A stretch of 64,000 nt of DNA from Squalus acanthias (lineage: Eukaryota), in the NCBI GenBank assembly GCA_030390025.1, contig CM059436.1, positions 57,164,001-57,228,000 on the forward strand. The letters are read 5' to 3'. The position numbers were made by a program, and so were the translations under genes. Shown piece by piece: positions 26,368 through 39,461 of this stretch (positions are counted from its first letter, which is position 1; the number at the start of each line of letters is the position of its first letter). The notes beneath the pieces were generated by a model, which ran no database searches, was not told where the DNA came from, and saw only the letters and a program-made list of their open reading frames with translations.

Positions 26368-26999
26368 GGGTTGATTTTAACTGCCAGCCTGTTTCTGGCG
26401 GGAAGCCACTGGGGTCAGTCAGTCTCTCACCCGCCTGCGGCAGCATGAGGCCACAGCGGTGTTAACCACCAAGCCCCGTTACCACGGCGCCGGTCCACTT
26501 CCCGCCAGGAACGGGTGAAAGTCGAACGGCCGACATGCAGGTAGGTGTGGGGAAGGGAATTCCCGGAGGGTCTTGCAGCAGGGAATGGAGGGGGTAATTC
26601 CGGGGCAGGGGAGGGCTAAACCTCCCTTGTGGGGCCTGGAGGAGCAATCCTGCTTAGCTTTCAGGACCTCTTCACATCCTGATCCTCCAGCCTGGCAGCA
26701 GTGATTTCCCCCCCCCTCAGCCCCGAGTTAAAATGCTGCCGGGGTTCGATTGATGTCATCGGACCCCGATTAGCATATTTAAAGATGGACCCTGCCGGCT
26801 TCAGATGGTTTTCACCCTGTCCTGTCCCACTGGTTGAAATTTATACTCTTTCCACTCACAAAAAAACAAGAAAATCCATACAGCAATTCCCCCCCCCCCC
26901 CCCCTCCCTCCCCACAAATCCAGGCAGGTAAGTAAGCCAGGCTACTTTAACTACACATCTGCCTGATTTCTGCCAGGCACGTAGGGTTAAAATCCCCCC
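26368..26999. mobile_element. Non-autonomous PIF/Harbinger-like DNA element (MITE), GC/CpG-rich
   Basis: Ends gggttgattttaac… / …gttaaaatcccccc, with the 3-bp direct repeat atg on both flanks. Confidence 0.65.
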
Positions 27000-27053
27000 A
27001 TGTCTTATTATTGTATCAATTAAGTAAAATAATCCCACGCCTCTTACGATCTC

Positions 27054-27084
<31 letters not shown>

Positions 27085-28204
27085 GGGGGAGTTGTTAATT
27101 TTAGTTTCATTTTGAAAATGTACAAATAAACAAAAACTGAATAACCTTCTTGAATAAAGCAAATTTTTATATGTTCTTTTCTTCCTCTTTCTACTACCAA
27201 AGCCACAACTATTGCTACAGCAACATAATGCAAGTCTTGCAAGTCTTGCAATTATGTTATAAGTTTTTAAACACCTTGAGACCAATTTTAATATCCATTT
27301 TGTGATTAAATGGATGATGAGGGGCATAATGAATTGTAAAAATGGGCAGAGATCTGTCCGTGCCACTCGGGTTTCCAATGTTACTTAGGGCAGGGGAGGG
27401 AGGTGGGTGGAAGCTGCCACCGGAAAAGCAGGGAGCCACATAATATTTAAATGATGTATAAACTACATCATAATGCTTCCCATGTCATTTTACGGCCCTT
27501 ACACCTGTACAACGCCAGATCACAATGGCACCCATACATAATGGACATTGCCAGGCAATGAGCTGTACAATAAAGTAAGTTTAAAGGGCTTAGTAAGAAG
27601 ATTTATTCAGCAATATAAAGGCCATTCTATACCAATTTTCTTCATTTAAAAAAAATTATTTTTCTGCTTCCACTTTTATAATTCCTCTGCTTTTTTTCCC
27701 CTTCCAGCTTCAGTAGAGCTACCAATGGGAATTCTCCATCTCAGTTTTTTGAACAAAGAAGAAAAGCAGCAGAGGGAGCTAGGGTCAACTTTGAGCCCAC
27801 GTGCCAGTACCCACACATCCATATCTACCAGCAGAGGAGGAAATACCTTGCTTTGTGCTCCAGGGGTTCAGATTCCCAAGGGAGGTTATGACAGAGGAAA
27901 TAATGGCACATATACAATATGTGAAAGTTTGACTAACTGCAATGCTTTGATGGCTCTTCGGAAGCACCCTAATCACAGTATGTCATGTGTTCAGTGCCAG
28001 TACAGGAAAGAAGACATGCCAGGGTGATAACCACTCATTCTAGCCTGATCGGCTGTACCCACCAACACATCAGCAATCATATGCACAGCTATTGTCGCAC
28101 CTACCTGATAATGAGAATGGGTAGCTGACTTCACAGGGTCCAGGTTTGCAGAGCTGTGCCATCTGCTCTAAGGACACATACACCATCAGGCTAGCACAAA
28201 CAGT

Positions 28205-28650
28205 GGCAGTACACGGTGGCATAGTGGTTAGCACTGGTGCCTCACAGCGCCAGGGACCCGGGTTCGAATCTGGCCTCGGGTGACTGTCTGTGTGGAGTTT
28301 GCACATTCTCCCCGTGTCTGCGTGGGTTTCCTCCGGGTGCTCCGGTTTCCTCCCACAGTCCAAAAATGTGCAGGTTAGGTTGATTTGGCTATGATAAATT
28401 GACCCTTAGTGTTAGGGGGGGATTAAATATGTGGGGTTACGGGGATAGGATGGGATATGTTAGGGGGAATTAAATACGTCGGGTTACGGGGATAGGGTGG
28501 GATATGTGTCGGTGCAGGCTCGATGGGGATTCTGTGTGAGAAAGCAGGGACAGGGTACTGGATTTGGATGATCAGCCATGATCGTATTGAATGGTGGAGC
28601 AGGCTCGACGGGCCGAATGGCCTACTCCTGCTCCTAGTTTCTATGTTTCA
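28205..28650 (+). mobile_element. HE1-type V-SINE with a CR1-derived 3' tail
   Basis: tRNA head (A box tggcatagtgg, B box ggttcgaatc), V core ctgtgtggagtttgcacattctccccgtgtctgcgtgggtttcctccgggtgctccggtttcctcccacagtccaaa, and tail ggccgaatggcctactcctgctcct. Confidence 0.92.
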
Positions 28651-30684
28651 CTCAACTGCAGCTTCAAGCCTAGACATACTGCAATAATGATCTGGAGATG
28701 GTACCATGGAATGGTAAACAGGGCTACTCTCCTTGCAACTACCTCCATTTCAGCAGCCATAAAAAAGGTAGTTGGATGCTGAGCTGCTCCATCACTTGTC
28801 TGGAAACTCATACCTGCGCACTGGATTTCCTGTCTCTTCATCTTTGACTCACTTCTTTGCCCTCTCTTCCTTCAGGCTGAGAAAAGATTGGCAATTGGTG
28901 GAGATGCTTTTTAAGCTTTGCCAAGGCTGCAAGAATTTCCATCTTCCTATTCTGCCTTCACCACTAGTGTGCTCTCTGAACCCACCCAAATCTGAACCTG
29001 TAGCTGTCAATAATTATGCAAATGTAATTCCCCAAAGAATTGGTTGCTATCAGAACATTACCATTCTGATGAGAATTACATCAGTTCTTAAACAATTAGA
29101 ACTGACTTACACCAGTACATGAAAACCGGCCATCTTTTTCTTAAAAGCACGAACAAATCATAATTATAGAAATACATTTTGGATGAATTCTGGATGTCCT
29201 GCTTATGTCATTCATACTTTCCTCACATTCAGTTCTGAAGCAGAAGCGAATGTAAGGAGCATAGAAGATTAATGCAATATTGAATAGGTTGATATGCTGA
29301 CAGAAGTGCAGAGAGAGCTTGTTCAAAAAGGTGCACGAAAAGAAGAGAAAGAGGATTGTCCATAAACATAAGGATCCAGCAGAATAAAGCAGTTGTCTGC
29401 CCACTCCCATGGAAAGATGGGCAGCAGCAACAATTTGTCATTGCATTTAAAATAATGTTGAACCTCTTAAATATGACAACTTTAAATTTCTTGGACTGTT
29501 TCATTAATTTTAAACTTGGGATATTTCATTCTACATTAACACTCATTTCAGCCAAACTAAGCTCTGAGAGATCGGGATTATGAAAGGATTGGCTCCTGAT
29601 TATCAGGCTTCCAAAACTATATGATAGACTATCCTAGTCTATTGGCCTTGGTGATTGAAGCACCCCTAACAGAGTGCTACCCAAACTTGCAAATGTCCAT
29701 GCCTTCATTGGAAAAGACAGATTTAATCTCAGACCCAATGGTGTTTAGTGTAGATGGACTACAGGATTACTAACATAGACAGAATAATGTTTTCCATCTT
29801 TTTTCAGGAGCAGACTGATTGGTATATATCTGCAAACAAGATGAGCCAGCTGATTAATGTTCCAACAGTTTCTTTACCAAATACAGGTGAAGACAAGTCA
29901 CAGATATGTGGAATTTAAATCTCCCAAGTAAGAGTAGCTCTGAGCCAAAAGGAACAGGATGAAGAAAAAGATCACCTTTGGAAGGCCAAGATCTGAAACT
30001 CAAAAGGTCAAGACTCAATACAAAGGTTAACTTGGGACTGACAGAATGAAAGCAAGGCCAATCAACAAACTCCATAAAGATCTAGCCATATGATCCATTA
30101 ATGGGGACTCTTGCAAATGTCCTGTTTGTGAAGTAAATCCTTTGAATTAAGACAAGTGGTCAGAACCAGGTCACCCACAATGCAGAGAAGTAAGAAGGTA
30201 TGGCACAGGACATGGCCGTACAAGAATATGGTCTCCAGGGAGTCCACTGCCAATAATATATTTTTCAATGATAATGAGGTCCCATTAAGAAATTCAGTGA
30301 AAATCCTGAATGCTACGGACATACCCAAAGATCATTACTGCCCCCGCAGTAGAGAGTGATTTTCCACCTTGACCAAAAGGCAATTCAAGTTCATCTCGTC
30401 TAGAAAGTTATTCCTAAGGACGTTCACCTGCAAATTTGTCAAGGAACCCATTATGAACAGACAGGTTTAGATTGGAACATAACAGATATCTCCCATCTCT
30501 AAAGGAGAGAAACCCTCCATTTCAAAGGATAAACAAACTGGATTTCATTCTGGCCGGATACAAATTATGCTCAGACTTCAGGGAACTAACAACAAAAAGG
30601 CATTATCAAACCTTCGCTGTAACAGAATCTAAATTGCGGACACCCAAGATAGAAAACAGAGGATATAGAAGTGAACGATTCTGT

Positions 30685-30772
30685 GGGGTAGATTTTCAAC
30701 TTACCGCACAGATGTTGCGGATCGGCCGCCTGTTATCAAAACCATCTGATTGGACTGAAAATTTCTATTCCA
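30685..30772. mobile_element. Short Harbinger-like MITE remnant
   Basis: ggggtagattttca… / …tgaaaatttctattcc imperfect inverted ends, CpG-rich interior. Confidence 0.45.
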
Positions 30773-32711
30773 GTAAATGAGCGGACTTACCTTCTCGACT
30801 TTGATATTGGTACAGGAGTCAATGGTCCAATGGTTTCCTCTTGTATGTCGCTTCTCAATGTTATTTTGTCAAAGTCTCCTGTTATCTCTAGACTAAGAAG
30901 ACTGGAAACTTGATCAAGAGGTAGATGAACTGAGGTAAACAATTTGGTGGTCTCTTCTTGATTGTACAGAGGCTCTGTGTTTAGAACACAGTAAATCAAT
31001 ACACAAGAAAAATCTCTAGCATTCGGGATAATCTTTTTTGAAGTTGTGTGCCTTTAGCAAATCAGCGAATTTTTAGCTGTTTCAGCAGTAAACCATACAT
31101 GTGTCTGACCCACAATAAATAGAACTCTGCAGTAAGCTAGAACTAGGGTCTTCGTGCTAAGGCAACTTCTGCAGAGAGAAGGTCAAAAGTCAACTTGAAT
31201 GCTGGTCAACTTACTAGTTTTGACAAGTTAGAGGGGCCCAACTCACATGTATCAATTTCTACTGAGCTATGCATATTACTAAATCGAAGTCACCAAGTTT
31301 GGACTCATCTAAGAAAGATAAGGAATGACACAACAAGGGCAATCACCTTTAGAGCAGCAATTTACCCGCTGACAGACTTATCCTAGTACTTTAGTATTGG
31401 AATATTAAATGCACAAGCCGATACTAAAACACCTGAAGATATTTGGTATATAAACATAAAATGATAAAATGTATACATTAAATTAATCAGAAAGATGGAT
31501 TAAGTATTTATGCTTCTTAAATTTTCTTCTCTAGCAAGTGAAGCATTGCGTCATCCAGCACTGAAACACCTCACACAGCACAATATGTCAGAAGTCATTC
31601 ACTTTTGAGAAATAAGGTCCAATTGTTTCCGAAAAATAAATACAGTTCAGTTCACCGTATTGTTTTGTTTTGTTGTTTCTAAGAAAGTGTACTCAGGACA
31701 AACAGGTATCTGAATTTATTAGGCAATAAAGTGCCCAAGGACTGACTGTACAAGGTAATAAAAGTTCATTGCAATGCATACCTTTTCTATCTAGGACCTG
31801 ATAGTATACATCATACAGTTTCCTGGAGGTCATATCTCCATTAGTAAGCTGGAGAAGGTGGGGCATAGAATGTGCCATGGTGATCAAAGTTAATGATGTT
31901 GGGTGGCAATAGTATCATATTTTTGGAATCTCTCCAATATTGTTTATATTTAACTTTCTAAATAAACGTTTTACCAAAGATAAAGTGAGCAGTTCCTTAA
32001 TACAAATCAATCTCTTCATTTTGAAATGGGAGCCAAAAGAGTAAGACGTGAAGCTAGAATTGAATCTGTAACTCTGATATACAAGTAAGCTTACGGAGGT
32101 ATGCTTCTAACCCTTGAAGTAACCCATCTGCTGTCATTTGTAATTCTATGGTTTAGACCTTGATCCAAACTGAATTGTAACTTGGAGAACCCATTATTAC
32201 CTATCTAGAACATGAGGATTGAGAGTTTTGACATTTAAAAAAATTTGAGTGGCGCTGATACAGAACTGAAATATTTATCTCAATGAGATCCTTGTAAATA
32301 ATCCACTTTCTGTTCTGGTATAATAAATTCAGTATCTCTTTATATGGAAGAAAATAAACCATTTTCCCATCAACCACACTCCTTCCAATAGAACATGCAC
32401 AATTTGCACTTCCTGGCCCCAATTTATTTGAATAATCAACTTTCACCACAAATAGAACACGTTCACTGTACCGAGGCCACACAATTCTTCTATATCTTTA
32501 TGACTACATGTGATTTTCTGGGATACTGTATACACATTTCATCATATAAGCTGAGGATGTCTATTAAAATTCCTGAAATTGCTAATCTTATTCATCATTC
32601 TCTCAACTGCCTGTCTATTAATGTAATGTGTGAGTCTATTAGAAGACCTTACAGGACCTCCTCTTTGCCCCCCCCCCCCCACTCCATTCCCACCAAATAT
32701 CGCAGTGGATA

Positions 32712-33110
32712 AATGCAGAATCTGGTGGTGTACTCAGGCATACAGGCCAGGAAGGTCCCAGGTCCAACCCTTGTTCTGTGCTGAACTAGCTGATCTTAGC
32801 TGGGTTAGAGGTGGAGCACTATGATTGGTCTTGGCACACCAGGCTAGGGAGGAGGCGAGAAATTCACCCAGGATTTCTACTCCTGATCGCTATCCAGCGA
32901 CCCTGACCGTAATGGTGGCAGAAGCGGTGCTTGGACGAGGACAGGATCAGGCTTAGCTGTGATGCTTTCCACAGTCAAATAGCCTACCAGCACTCACTGT
33001 CTAGGCTCACACATGAAGAATGGCCGCATAGATGATGTACTGCAGGGCTGCCGGCGCTCATGGATCCGTATCCCAATATGAGTCACTGCCTTCAGGAGAT
33101 GAGGGGAAAG
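32712..33110 (+). mobile_element. tRNA-headed SINE family, best-preserved body
   Basis: Repeated about 10 times in the window in both orientations. A/B boxes are clearest in the copy at 39462 (tgggtcagttgg, ggttcgattccc). Confidence 0.75.
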
Positions 33111-35459
33111 GAGAGAAAAATTGAAAGAAAAAAAAAAGAGAGGTTAAAAAGAGCTTTACACTACTTTTAGGTAAATGTGAATTGAGTTAAAAAAAAATCA
33201 ACACATCCTAAAAACAGCAAAGATAGACATGATAGAACGGCAAGGAAACAGAAACACCAATTGTACTTGGAAATCATCAAGATTTCGGACTAAAATGGCA
33301 GTCACAAAAATTAACAGTAATCGACATCACAAACGTTTAGAATCTCAACCTTCTCCCCACCCCCATCCTTTAACGGTTTTACACTTTTAACGTATAAAGT
33401 ACCCAGGATAGGCCAGCAGCACTCATCACCGAACCTAATTTGCTTCGGAACAAATGAGACTGTATTGTGCCACTAAGCCCCCAAACTTACATGTCATTTA
33501 AACACTTTATAAAATGTAACTTCGTTGAGTCTCAAATCATATCAGCAAAACAGCACCATATTCAAGCTTAAATAAACCTTAAACAAATATGCAAAATGCA
33601 AATCATATACAAGTATCATGCTACAATTTCTTTGTGATGAAAGATCCACTCGTTGTAAGAACATATGCATAATAGAAGCTCTATTTACAATTTGTAGCCA
33701 TGCCATTCTCCAGTGCAGTATTAATGCTTTGAGAGTATTTATGTAAAGTAAAAGCACAGTACTGTATATCAAACAACATTTTGAAAAAGCTATTTAGAAA
33801 ATGTTGTTGAGTAAAGGAAGGTTTGTAGTCCGTCAAAGTTCTCCAATTTTATCTAGGTCAAATAAACAGCAGAATCACAGTGTTGTTATGGATAGATTGA
33901 AAATGATTTTTTCCAAGTGTAGGTTGTAGTATAATTCACAAAATTTAGTTCATTTTTTTTTTAAACAAAATGCTCACAATGCAGGGAGATTTCCTCTGTG
34001 CACTACATCTATTGAACTTGTAAACCCATTTATAAAGAGACTTGTTTCTGATTTTGCTACACAGATAGAACCTTTCTCAAATTTCTGCATAGGTCACAAA
34101 TCAAATAAGAAAAATGAGTTTAAAAATACTAAAATATGCAATATAATTTGAAATAGTCTTAAAATTAGATAAATACTTTTAAAATATGTTGTTTTGAAAT
34201 GACCTATATGATTTATGTGCTGTTAGCTGATGAATTCCACATCATTTTACCTGGTTACAACAACTTAATAAAGATTATTTTTTTGCTCCAATGGATTATT
34301 CAATATGTTGATGAGGTAGGTTGAAATGATCCGATTGCAGGTGGTGCAACTGGCAGGTGCTCCATTATATAGTACTGTGGGATGTAGAACATGGATTCCC
34401 AATCTTGACTGTGTAGCCAGGAGTGGCACCCAGTCGAATCCTATGAGTTGCCCCAAAGGAAAAAAAAATACACAGACAACAACTCACCATAGGCCACTCC
34501 CTCACACCTCTAATAGACCAGCTAAAGAACAGCTTCGACATAGGCCTAAGAGGTCAGCCATCTGCCTGCTTGGAAGGGAATGGTGCATGGCCTTGGATGA
34601 CATAAAGAGGGCACCCAAGCCAAAAGATTACAATAAATTAGATAATTCAGATAAACAAATTGGTGAATTAACATGTCAAAATGGATTATTTAACCTGATC
34701 TGATAAAATAGATGATTGTGATTTTGATTTGGTCCCTTTAATAGGGGAGTAGGATGGACACAGCTTATTTCCTTAATTGGTAAAGGAAAAAAGAATCATA
34801 ATCAGTCTATCTAAAAATGATGTGTTTTTTTTAACCACTGAATGTGCAACATTAGTGCAGTGAAGGGTTCATGTGCCACATTCTTTGCAGCACCAAGTTT
34901 ACTGCATGTTGCCAAGATGCAGTAAAATCTAATTAAGTGAAGGTCAAATAGTTAGCATGATAAAGATACATTTCTAGTTGAAGTTAAAAACAGATCATTT
35001 CCATTTTATTATTTGTGCAATATCTAACTAAAGGCTTCATTAATTACTAATGAAAAGTGATTTAGAACAAATATTATTAAAAGGAAAATTTCAGGCTTCA
35101 AACAGCTTTTATTTAATACACAGAGCACCCTCCAGTACCTACTTCCCAGCAGTAAGTTCATTTTCATCATTTTATTTACATAGCAAAAGCAAGTTTCATT
35201 CTGAAGATTGTCCATTTACTGCACAGCAGTCATTAACTGTTTTGAAGAGATTCACAGAGTTCTGTCACCAGGGAGCTGAAATATCTGTCTTTTAATTTTA
35301 GTAAAAAAGGAGACCGGAGTGAAAAGTGTTATTCTACTTTTTTTGATAAAATTAGGGAAAACAGGAATTTTAACCCCTAGATGATGAAGTCAGAGTGTTC
35401 ACAACAGCTGTCTGAAATACAAGAAACCAGAAACACTAAAAGGAAAGCTTTATATGGAA

Positions 35460-36810
35460 CTTAGGAGCCGGAGTAGGCCATTCAGCCACTCGAGCCAGTT
35501 CTGTCATTCAATTAGATCATGGCTGATCTGTGTCTTAACAACATTTACCCGCCTTGGTTCCATATCCGTTAATAGCCTTGCCTGACAAAAATCTATCAAT
35601 CTCAGTTTTGAAATTTTCAATTGACCTAGCCTCAATAGCTTTTTGGGGGAAGAGAGTTCCAGATTTCCACTACCCTTTGTGCAAAGAAGTGCTTCCTGAC
35701 ATTTCCCCTGAACGCAATAGCTTTCATAGAATCATAGAAGATAGGAGCAGGAGTAGGCCATTCGGCCCCTCTAGCCTGCTCCGCCATTCAATGCGATCAT
35801 GGCTGATCATCCAAATTCAGTACCCTGTCCCTGCTTTCTCCCCATATCCCTTGATCCCTTTAGCCTTAAGAAATATATCCAACTCCTTCTTGAATCTATT
35901 TAATGAATTGGCCTCTACTGCCTTCTGTGGCAGAGAATTCCACAGGTTCACCACTCTCTGGGTGAAGAAATTCCTCCTCATTTCTGTCCTAAATGGCTTA
36001 CCCCTTATCCTTAGACTGTGACCCCTGGTTCTGGACTCCCCGACCATCGGGAACATCCTTCCTGCATCTAGTTTGTCCTGTCCTGTCAGAATTTTATAAG
36101 TTTCAATGAGATCCCCTCTCATTCTTCTAAACTCCAGCGAGTATAAGCCCAATCGACCCAATCTCTCTTCATACATCATTTCTGCCATCTTTAATTTTAA
36201 GGTTATGCCCCCTAGTTCTGGACTCCCCCACCAGAGGAAATAATTTCTATCTATCTACACTATCAACTCCTTTAATCATCTTAAACACCTCAATTAGATC
36301 ACCCCTTAACCTTCTATATTCAAGGGATTACAAGCCTAGTCTATGCAACCTGTCCTCATAATTTAACCCTTTTAGCCCCAGTCTCATTCTGGTGAATCTG
36401 CACTGCACCTCCTCCAAGGCCAATGTATTCTTCCTTAGGTGCGGTGCCAAGAACTGAACAAAGTGCTCCAGATGAGGTCTAACCAGAGCTTTATATAACT
36501 AACATATCTTCCACCCTTTGTATTCCGACCCCTTTGAGATACAGGCCAACATTCCATTAGTATTTTAAAAAAAAATTTGTACCTGTCCACTAGTTTTTAA
36601 GTCATTACTGTACATGGACCCCTAAACCTCTGCTCCTCCACAGTTCCTAGCTTCTTACCATTTAGGAAATGCTCTGATCTATTTTTCTTACCTCCAAAGT
36701 GGATTACCTCTCACAGCCCCACATTGAACTCAATCTGCCACAGTTTTGCCCACTCACTTAATCTATCAATGTCCCTTTGCAACTTTCTGCTCCCATGTAC
36801 ACTACTTACT
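35460..36810 (-). mobile_element. CR1 LINE 3' fragment (older), interrupted
   Basis: Colinear with 50-880 (gagtaggccattcagcc…aaaaatctatcaatctcag…caactttctgctccca). Confidence 0.9.
35725..36188 (-). mobile_element. Younger CR1 3' fragment nested in the older CR1
   Basis: Open frame YEERLGRLGLYSLEFRRMRGDLIETYKIL…RRNFFTQRVVNLWNSLP, tail ttctatgattctatga, target-site duplication cttt (35721-35724 / 36189-36192). Confidence 0.9.
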
Positions 36811-36854
36811 TTCAACCTCTTTTTTTCCTGAGATAAAATGGACTTAACATCTTA

Positions 36855-36965
36855 AGTTAACTGCCTTCTGAAGAGGCCAAGCAAGCCACTCGAGGGCAAC
36901 TAGGGATGGGCAATAAATACCGGCATTGCCAGCGATGTCCACATCCTGAGAATAATTTTTTTAAA
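36855..36965 (+). mobile_element. SINE/LINE 3' tail fragment sharing its end with the LINE at 20690-20758
   Basis: agggcaactagggatgggcaataaataccggcattgccagcgatgtccacatcc. Confidence 0.7.
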
Positions 36966-36974
36966 TAAAAACAT

Positions 36975-37145
36975 AGTTAGTTTGAAGTGCAGTGGCTGTT
37001 GTTATTTGTACAGATAAGGTAGCCATTTTCCACAAAAAGCAATGAAATGGAATGAAGAGTTAATCTGTTTTTGATGGTATTGGTTGAGGGAGGAATGTTA
37101 GTCAGGACACTAAGAGAACTTCCTGCTCTTCTTCAAATTTGTCAT
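36975..37145 (-). mobile_element. Deu-domain SINE fragment
   Basis: aatctgtttttg…gagggaggaatg…caggacact…gagaacttcctgctcttcttcaaa is the reverse complement of 17120-17200. Confidence 0.65.
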
Positions 37146-39461
37146 AACCAGTGTTAATTAAAAATTAGTCATTTAAAAAAAATTAAGTGAAGCTCAGAAT
37201 TTATATTTTGAAAAGCAAATCATTTCTGAAGCATAAAATGTGTAGGTTTACATCATTGTTGTTTCTATGAACCCCCATTCTCCCCCCCAAAAAAACACTT
37301 ATTTCATACTTTTTTCTATCTCTCTCTCTCCCTTTCTTTCTCTGTCTCGCACATTAGTTATGGATCCCTATTATATTTCTGGTCAAATCCACACTTCTTT
37401 ATGAATATCTGTCAAACTAATAGATTTTTAATGTGGTATAGAAATTTAAATTATGTATGGATACTTTAAAAAATATTCTAATATGGACAAAATCCAAATT
37501 GGTTCCCCTAATACAGACCATAGAATCTGTCCTAAAAATACCCATAAATCAGGCCCGAGATGCCCAACACATAACCAAATGATCACACTACCTGATACCA
37601 ATAGCTTTGCATATGTTTGCAGTTTTCAAAGGCTGACAGTGATATAAAGGCGGCATTTGATTTGTTAAACTGCTCCAGTTGAAAAGACGTAACTCGATAG
37701 CAGCTTAAACAGAGCAAGTGTAGCCTTACCCTTTAAAGCAAGGTGCTATCACATCTGCAGTTTCTAGATTTTGGAATATGGGTTTTTAAGTCCCTTGTGT
37801 CTCAATAGTGCATAGCACTGCAGGTGTGATGCCCCGCTCTCTCCCCTCTCTGTTTACAAAGCAAAAAATGTCTGTTCCTTTATAAATGTACAGATGCATT
37901 TAAATGTGACATTGCAGTTTTATCAATTCAAATAATATGTAACAACAAAGAAAGTATATACATCCCAAATTTATGAGAACAAGGGGTCACACTTGTATAT
38001 AGTTTTACAATGGTGCCTAACATGTTATGCTTGTCATATAAATCTGCTCATGAAATTCTCATAAACGCACAAAGGCCTCACAGGTTCACGATTTTATAAT
38101 GCAATTAATGTGGAACAGTTCGGGAAAGCCACTGTTTCCTTTTGCCACTTTGCTTGCAGTATTTAGGCTACATGGTGCATGCACCAGTGATTTGTTTGAA
38201 ATATGGTTGTTGGTGTACGAAGAGATGCCAATAGAAACACGCCCACAGGCACACTAAGGTTTAAAGCTACAGTGTCCTCCATTTGGCGAGACTAAATCTG
38301 GAGCACTTGCAACGACGATGTTAATTCAACAAAAAAAATCAAAAGAATTTATTTGGCAAATTAAACCATTTTTATATATTAAAAGGAAAAAAAAAATCAG
38401 CGAATGCTGGAAATTTGAAATGTACACAGAAAATAATGGAAATGCATAGCAAGTCGGTCAGCATTTGAAAGAAAACAATGTTTCAGGTAATTTCTGGGTT
38501 CTGCTATGTATTTCCAACATTTGCTCTTTTTATTATCTACACATTTTTAATAAAGTTTAAATTATTAATGAAAATATTGTAAATTCTTCTCTGTTGTTGG
38601 TCAAGTGCTGCACTCCTACTGCTCAAAACATACAGGAAGAGTCAGCAAATGGGTGTTTTCTGGACAAGGATAAGTGGGGATCTAGACTAAGAGTAACCTA
38701 ATTCATAAGTTATTTAATAAAAGTTTCCAAAAATGTCTTTATATTTTGAGTCAGGCATGATTTCTGAATACAAACAGATCCAACATTTTTGACAATGATT
38801 TTAAACACAAGTAGGAAAATGTTTACAAAAAAATTAATTAAGTTTCTATTTTATAAATTATTACGGGTTGAGTCTAAATAGTTATCCCTTAGCGACACTT
38901 CAGAGATTTCCACCTTTTTACAAGAGCACAGAGAGTGATTACCTACTCACTCCCCTTCTCAAAAAGTGGAACATGTACAACAAAAGGAAGTGTGCACCAG
39001 CATTATCTCCCTCCTTTTTTGTACTCTTTTGAAAAGGACAGAAATTAATGATATCTTAGTTATTGTACAACATGAAAAGGTTAATCTATTACCTGGTCTG
39101 CATGTCAAAACTTTGCACAAATCAGATACTGAAAGGGTTTAGTTAATACAAAAAAAAGCGTAATTAACACGAAAGAAAAAGAATAAGCTAAAAGCTATTG
39201 TTGGCGATATTACCAGGAAATGTTTTAACACGTTTGTATGACAAACCTATATTTATTATTTTAACCATATGATCAATGTCCCTGTCATGATAGTGGACAG
39301 AGGAATGTCATACAAACATCTTAATTACATGCTTGCTAATATTGCCAAAAGTAATTTCTAGCATGGATTTGTTTAGTTCATTCAAAGCTAGGAAAACATT
39401 TATCTTTCATTTTGAGCTTCAACTCAACATAATATTTTTACATATATAAAAGTATCAAATT

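Noticed and set aside
27064-27089. Long G/C homopolymers (also ~7676, 26889, 41807, 53614)
   Set aside because: Simple low-complexity runs, with lengths unreliable in assemblies
28205-28280. tRNA gene
   Set aside because: It is the tRNA-derived head of a SINE and continues into the V core
29850-30620. Possible highly decayed retroelement (Cys-rich CKCPVC-like words); similarly 23300-23990
   Set aside because: No continuous motif set that I can support by eye
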